From Waterburya sp. (GTDB taxonomy: Bacteria > Cyanobacteriota > Cyanobacteriia > Cyanobacteriales > Xenococcaceae), in assembly GCA_965217895.1 (NCBI GenBank), contig CBDCJV010000002.1, positions 544,001 through 608,000 of the forward strand: a stretch of DNA of 64,000 nucleotides, written 5' to 3'. Position numbers and translations under genes: made by a program. The notes beneath the pieces were generated by a model, which ran no database searches, had not been told where the DNA came from, and worked only from the letters and a program-made list of their open reading frames with translations. Below, piece after piece: positions 59,996 to 64,000 of this stretch (position 1 is its first letter; every line of letters begins with the position of its first letter).

Positions 59996-61126
59996 TTATT
60001 TTTTTACCTGAATGGGCATGATTATATGTTGGGCTGGTTCTGGAACTAGATTCTGAATCTCAATGGGTTGGTTTGGCTGATTTATCAATATTTTAACTTC
60101 ACTCCCTGGTAGAGATTTTAAAGATTTGAGCAGATAATCATGGTTTAGGGTTACGGTTTGAGCTTGAATATTTCCCAGCAAGTATCCTGATTGAGTCTGA
60201 TTGCCGTTGGCGATGCCAGGTGTTTTAGCCTGAATATTTATTTGCTGTTGCTTTGGGCTGATGGTGATACTTACTAGGTTATCTTGGGCAACGCTATTTA
60301 CTAGAGTTAGGTTTTTAATCATCTGCTGGCGATCGACAATAGCCTGAATTTCAAACTCCCCAGGGATTAGCTTCTCGTATTGAGGGTAATTTCCTAAGAT
60401 TTGGTTACAAGTAAGGACAAATTTGTCCGTTGAGAACTCAACCAAAGTTTCGTCGAAAGTCAGAGTTATTATGCTGGAGTAATCGGCTTTGAGCGGAGTA
60501 CTCAGCAGGTTCATCGTCTTGCTTTGAATTATTAACTCAAATTCTTTTGCTGTATTATCCAAATTTACTTCCGTTTCCAAAGCCGCTAGCTGATGTGCGT
60601 CTGTGGCGCAGAACTTGAGCAGTTGGCTTTTGTTTTCTCTGACTAGCTTGAGATTGACTCCAGTTAGAATTTGTTTTGAGAGTTCTTTTGAGGCACAGTG
60701 TAAGGTTTGCTCGATTCCAGCTAGTAAATTTTCTGGCTTTAGCTTAATTGAAGTAGATTCAGACTCTAGTTCTGGCAGGGTAATAAATTCGTCCGCCAAG
60801 ATAGTATTCAAGCAAATTGTTACAGAATCACTTTTGATTATTAACTGGTCTTTGTGCAGCAAAATTTCTATTGCTTTGTTTTTAATTTTTTCTACCAGAT
60901 TCTTCAAATCCCAGGCACAAACGGTTATTTGTGAGTCTTTTGAGACTTGAGCCTCTAGGGCCAAGCAAACTAATTGACTGCCATCAAAGGTAGTTAGTTT
61001 TAACTCGTTTTTCCTGGCTTCAAGCAGAACGTTATTGAGGATTGCTGGCTGAAGATTTCTTTTGAGATTGCTGCAAACTATGGTTAAAGCAGTTTGTAAG
61101 CTCTGAGTGTTAATTATTAGCTGCAT
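59996..61126 (-). CDS. dnaN: DNA polymerase III beta clamp (accessory copy)
   Basis: IL.NVLLEA, LTGV.L, ATD.HQLA, G.YP.YEKLIP and IMPIQ motifs. Confidence 0.85.
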   Translation of the reverse strand: MQLIINTQSLQTALTIVCSNLKRNLQPAILNNVLLEARKNELKLTTFDGSQLVCLALEAQVSKDSQITVCAWDLKNLVEKIKNKAIEILLHKDQLIIKSDSVTICLNTILADEFITLPELESESTSIKLKPENLLAGIEQTLHCASKELSKQILTGVNLKLVRENKSQLLKFCATDAHQLAALETEVNLDNTAKEFELIIQSKTMNLLSTPLKADYSSIITLTFDETLVEFSTDKFVLTCNQILGNYPQYEKLIPGEFEIQAIVDRQQMIKNLTLVNSVAQDNLVSITISPKQQQINIQAKTPGIANGNQTQSGYLLGNIQAQTVTLNHDYLLKSLKSLPGSEVKILINQPNQPIEIQNLVPEPAQHIIMPIQVKK

Positions 61127-62225
61127 GGTTAATGTATTTATTTTTGCTTGGTTTAACAAACTTTTTGGCGATCGCGAAAAATTCCTCTAGGGAGATGATT
61201 TCAAACCCGCGATCGTATTCATCGATATCTCCCTGAGATTTAGTAATCTGTCCCCACCAGGCAAACTCAAGCTCATAGCCATAGCTAATAATTAGAGAGG
61301 CAGCTTTTTGATACTGGATTAATATCAATCGATTGAGTACCGCTCCAGCATCGGGATATAGTACGACACGATTGCTATTCGTTAGCAGACTTGCTCGATC
61401 GAGATAGACTTTTAACTGCTGGGGAGAACTGGCAAACATCCCGCCACTAGCACCAATGACCACTTGCTTGAATTTATTGGCAGTATGAATTGCTTTGAAG
61501 CCAACTCCTTCGACGATACCTATATATCTAGATTTGATTTTATCTATTGGTAGGTAGAAGCCAAGGGGAATTTCTTCGTGTTCTTTTAAATGAATGCTAA
61601 ACTCTGGGGATTTTGCCCAGAGATAGCGTAAATTATTAGCAAAATCCAAACGAGTTTGCCAGCCTAAATATTGCTGTTGCTCATTGCAAATGGGGATTAG
61701 CAACCCGCTATACTTATTTACTAAAGACAAGCCATCAGGGGATATTCCTGCCAAACAAGGACTAACTTTATTGGTTAGCTTTTGCTTGTAGTCTAAAGAT
61801 TTGAACTGATAATATACCTGATGGCGATCGCTAAAGCCTCTTTGGTATAGAGTTTGTATATGTCTGGGCTTTAGCTTTAGCTGTTGAAGTAGCTTAGATA
61901 TTTCAAGATCTCTTTCTTCAATAGAAAGCAAATTTTGATAATTAGCTTGTTCGATCTGTCTGACTAATCTTGGCTTGGCTTTGGCTATAACTTTTTGGCG
62001 CTGATGATTGTTAGAACTTTGATGTAAGAATTCAGACCAGATTGCTGAAAGTTCTGCCGAAAGTTCTTGGGTTATATATTTACCCCACAGCAGATTATGA
62101 GTTTCACCGCAGTATTTATATCCAGGTAAATCTCCGCGATAGCTCATGCAGAAATACTGCTGCAGGCAAAAAAGGGATTTCTTGCCATTATGCTGGGATT
62201 CTATTTTTGATCGGGTATTCACCAA
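61110..62225 (-). CDS. Putative primase-like (TOPRIM-type) plasmid protein; true start uncertain
   Basis: GWQ.R, RY.W, EGVGFKA, IGASGG.F, YPDAG and WWGQ..K..GDIDE motifs. Confidence 0.55.
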   Translation of the reverse strand: MVNTRSKIESQHNGKKSLFCLQQYFCMSYRGDLPGYKYCGETHNLLWGKYITQELSAELSAIWSEFLHQSSNNHQRQKVIAKAKPRLVRQIEQANYQNLLSIEERDLEISKLLQQLKLKPRHIQTLYQRGFSDRHQVYYQFKSLDYKQKLTNKVSPCLAGISPDGLSLVNKYSGLLIPICNEQQQYLGWQTRLDFANNLRYLWAKSPEFSIHLKEHEEIPLGFYLPIDKIKSRYIGIVEGVGFKAIHTANKFKQVVIGASGGMFASSPQQLKVYLDRASLLTNSNRVVLYPDAGAVLNRLILIQYQKAASLIISYGYELEFAWWGQITKSQGDIDEYDRGFEIISLEEFFAIAKKFVKPSKNKYINHAANN

Positions 62226-62460
62226 GATTTTGATAACCTAATTCTCTTAGTACTCTGTAACCATGTTTGCAGCAGCCGCTGCCAAACTGCTCCTGCTGTT
62301 TCTGGAAATCTCGACATTTACATTCAACTCCAATGTCAGTTACTCGCACTGGATATTTAGAGTTAGTTTCTGGATTGGAAACTAGATATACGTTGCCGTA
62401 TTTAGTTGTATTCAGCTTGAAATTTTTGCTTCTTTCTTGTCTGCAGCTATAAAGGGAATT
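62188..62460 (-). pseudogene. SWIM zinc-finger gene fragment (not in ORF track)
   Basis: Manual translation ...VECKCRDFQKQQEQFGSGCCKHGYRVLRELGY...*; no in-frame start codon. Confidence 0.6.
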
Positions 62461-62504
62461 AAATCATTATCCATCTTGCCAAATTCTCCTATCGTAGATT
62501 AGGT

Positions 62505-62582
62505 CTAAAGATGATGAGCCAAATGAACTGCCAGGGTAGTTTTGCCAGAACCACCTTTGAGAGATGATAAGCATATAATCAT
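62505..62582 (-). pseudogene. parA 5' stub 1
   Basis: MIICLSSLKGGSGKTTLAVHLAHHL*, deviant Walker A. Confidence 0.75.
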
Positions 62583-62755
62583 TACTTCAAGTGAATACTT
62601 GAGTAAGTACCTACTTGTTCAAGTAAATGTCAGCTCGAAAATTTCAATATGGCAATTGTTTGTCAGTCATTTTTCTCAGAAGACTCTAAAGGGAACTATT
62701 ATAAAATATAATGGTATTATATATAGTGCCATAATGGTCTTATTTAAATCTAAAA

Positions 62756-63175
62756 GTGAGTGTCAGAATAGTTATTGATACCAATGTTTTGGTAGGTGCA
62801 TTAATAGGTCAAGAGAGGAGCGCGAATAGAAAGTTACTAGAATTATGTTTAAAAGGAGAATTTCAGCCTTTAATTAATTACACTCTGTTTTCTGAGTATG
62901 AGGACTTAATCAATAGACCATCCATTCTTAAATTGTGTAAACGCTCTCCAGAAGAAATAAATATTTTATTTGATGGGTTGTTAAGCGTTTGTGAGTTGGT
63001 AAAAATTTATTATTTATGGAGACCTAATTTAATAGATGAAGGTGATAACTATCTAGTGGAACTAGCTATTGCAGGTAATGCACAAATACTAGTCACACAT
63101 AACACTAAAGATTTTCAACAATCGCAGTTAAAGTTTCCCCAATTACAAATTAAACAACCAAAGGAGATTATTTAA
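62756..63175 (+). CDS. PIN-domain toxin
   Basis: IVIDTNVLV, EY, WRPNL.DEGDN..ELA and THN.KDF motifs. Confidence 0.9.
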   Translation: MSVRIVIDTNVLVGALIGQERSANRKLLELCLKGEFQPLINYTLFSEYEDLINRPSILKLCKRSPEEINILFDGLLSVCELVKIYYLWRPNLIDEGDNYLVELAIAGNAQILVTHNTKDFQQSQLKFPQLQIKQPKEII

Positions 63176-63176
63176 T

Positions 63177-63401
63177 ATGGGTTCATTACATTTGAGAATT
63201 CCAGACGAGAAACATCAAAGACTTAGAGAGTTAGCTAAATCCAGGAATATTAGTGTTAATAAGCTATTGTCAGAATTAACTACAATGGCTTTAACTGAAT
63301 ACGATATTGAAACAAGATTTAAACTAAGAGCCAGCAGAGGCTCAACAGAAAAAGCACTTTTAGTTTTAGATAAACTGAAACAAGATTTTGAAGATTCTTA
63401 A
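63177..63401 (+). CDS. RHH/HicB-like antitoxin downstream of the toxin
   Basis: LHLRIPDEKHQRLRELAKSRNISVNKL. Confidence 0.85.
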   Translation: MGSLHLRIPDEKHQRLRELAKSRNISVNKLLSELTTMALTEYDIETRFKLRASRGSTEKALLVLDKLKQDFEDS

Positions 63402-63418
63402 ATTAAATATATCTAATA

Positions 63419-63523
63419 TTAGAGTACCAGATCATCAAATTCGTAAGCGATCGCATGAGCCAAATGAACTGCCAGGGTAGTTTTGCCAGAACCACCTTTG
63501 AGAGATGAAAAACAGATAATCAT
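63419..63523 (-). pseudogene. parA 5' stub 2
   Basis: MIICFSSLKGGSGKTTLAVHLAHAIAYEFDDLVL*; 54 bp identical to stub 1. Confidence 0.75.
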
Positions 63524-63663
63524 TTTTCTAAGTGATTACGTAATCAAGTGAACAAGTAAACACTGATTTAAGTATTCAAGTGAGTAAGTGAATACTTGTT
63601 TAAGTGAGCAAGTGAATGTTAGCTCGAAAATTTTAATATGGTATTTTCTGCTTATTTTTGCCG

Positions 63664-64000
63664 ATGAACATTCCTAATGGATACGATCCAATAACTTTAA
63701 ATCATTGGCTATGGTACAAGTATCAATGTCATGAAGGTTCTGCTCATGAATTTCAACGTCTATTTGAGAATATCTTTAAGCGTGCCAAACCAGAGTTTAT
63801 TCAAATACGCCCTTACGGAAATATTGGAGATCGTAAATGTGACGGACTTTTTTATTCTCAAGAGAACTCAACCGTGTTCCAGGTTTATTCTCCTGATGAA
63901 TTAAAACAGGCAGAAGTTCAAAAGAAAATTGACGAAGATCTTGATGGTGCAGTTGTTCATTGGGGGGACAATCTTAAAAAATGGGTATTTGTATACAACG
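63664..64000 (+). CDS. Partial ORF, restriction-endonuclease-like N-terminal domain (candidate defence effector)
   Basis: MNIPNG...EFQRLFENIF...IRPYGNIGDRKCDG...FQVYSP...KIDEDLDGA..HW...WVFVYN; open to the window edge. Confidence 0.6.
   Translation, partial: MNIPNGYDPITLNHWLWYKYQCHEGSAHEFQRLFENIFKRAKPEFIQIRPYGNIGDRKCDGLFYSQENSTVFQVYSPDELKQAEVQKKIDEDLDGAVVHWGDNLKKWVFVYN

Noticed and set aside
463..62778. Many short antisense or alternative-frame ORFs in the track
   Set aside because: They overlap well-supported genes and show no recognisable motifs

Overview
Cyanobacterial DNA (the HIP1 octamer GCGATCGC is frequent throughout, and there are heptamer STRR arrays). The window has two parts. 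(1) About 1-48.8 kb is a carbohydrate/stress island. It carries glgX, a P-type ATPase, an HPF-like protein, a Na+/H+ antiporter with TrkA, two USPs, MgtC, MscS, MarC, a YbhGFSR-type ABC system and sucrose synthase. It also has glcP with an OprB-type porin, a polyol ABC importer with mannitol and xylitol-type dehydrogenases and a SorC-family repressor, and a dispersed RcaE/F/C-like phosphorelay (CBS plus DXCF-cyanobacteriochrome kinase, CheY, REC-OmpR-HPt-REC-REC regulator). About ten intergenic sites here share a direct repeat, YYTCA-N6-SYTCA, usually 11 bp upstream of a -10-like hexamer. This suggests one light/energy-controlled sugar and stress regulon (inference). (2) About 48.8-64 kb is a decaying plasmid/ICE-like backbone. 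It has an amber-interrupted tyrosine recombinase, four TA pairs, broken RecD-like and strawberry-notch helicases, IS630, dnaN, a primase-like gene, duplicated parA stubs and the start of a putative defence nuclease. Throughout the window, very small hairpin repeats with compensatory base changes nest inside each other, several as in-frame insertions in proteins. All product calls come from motif and sequence recognition; no database searches were run.
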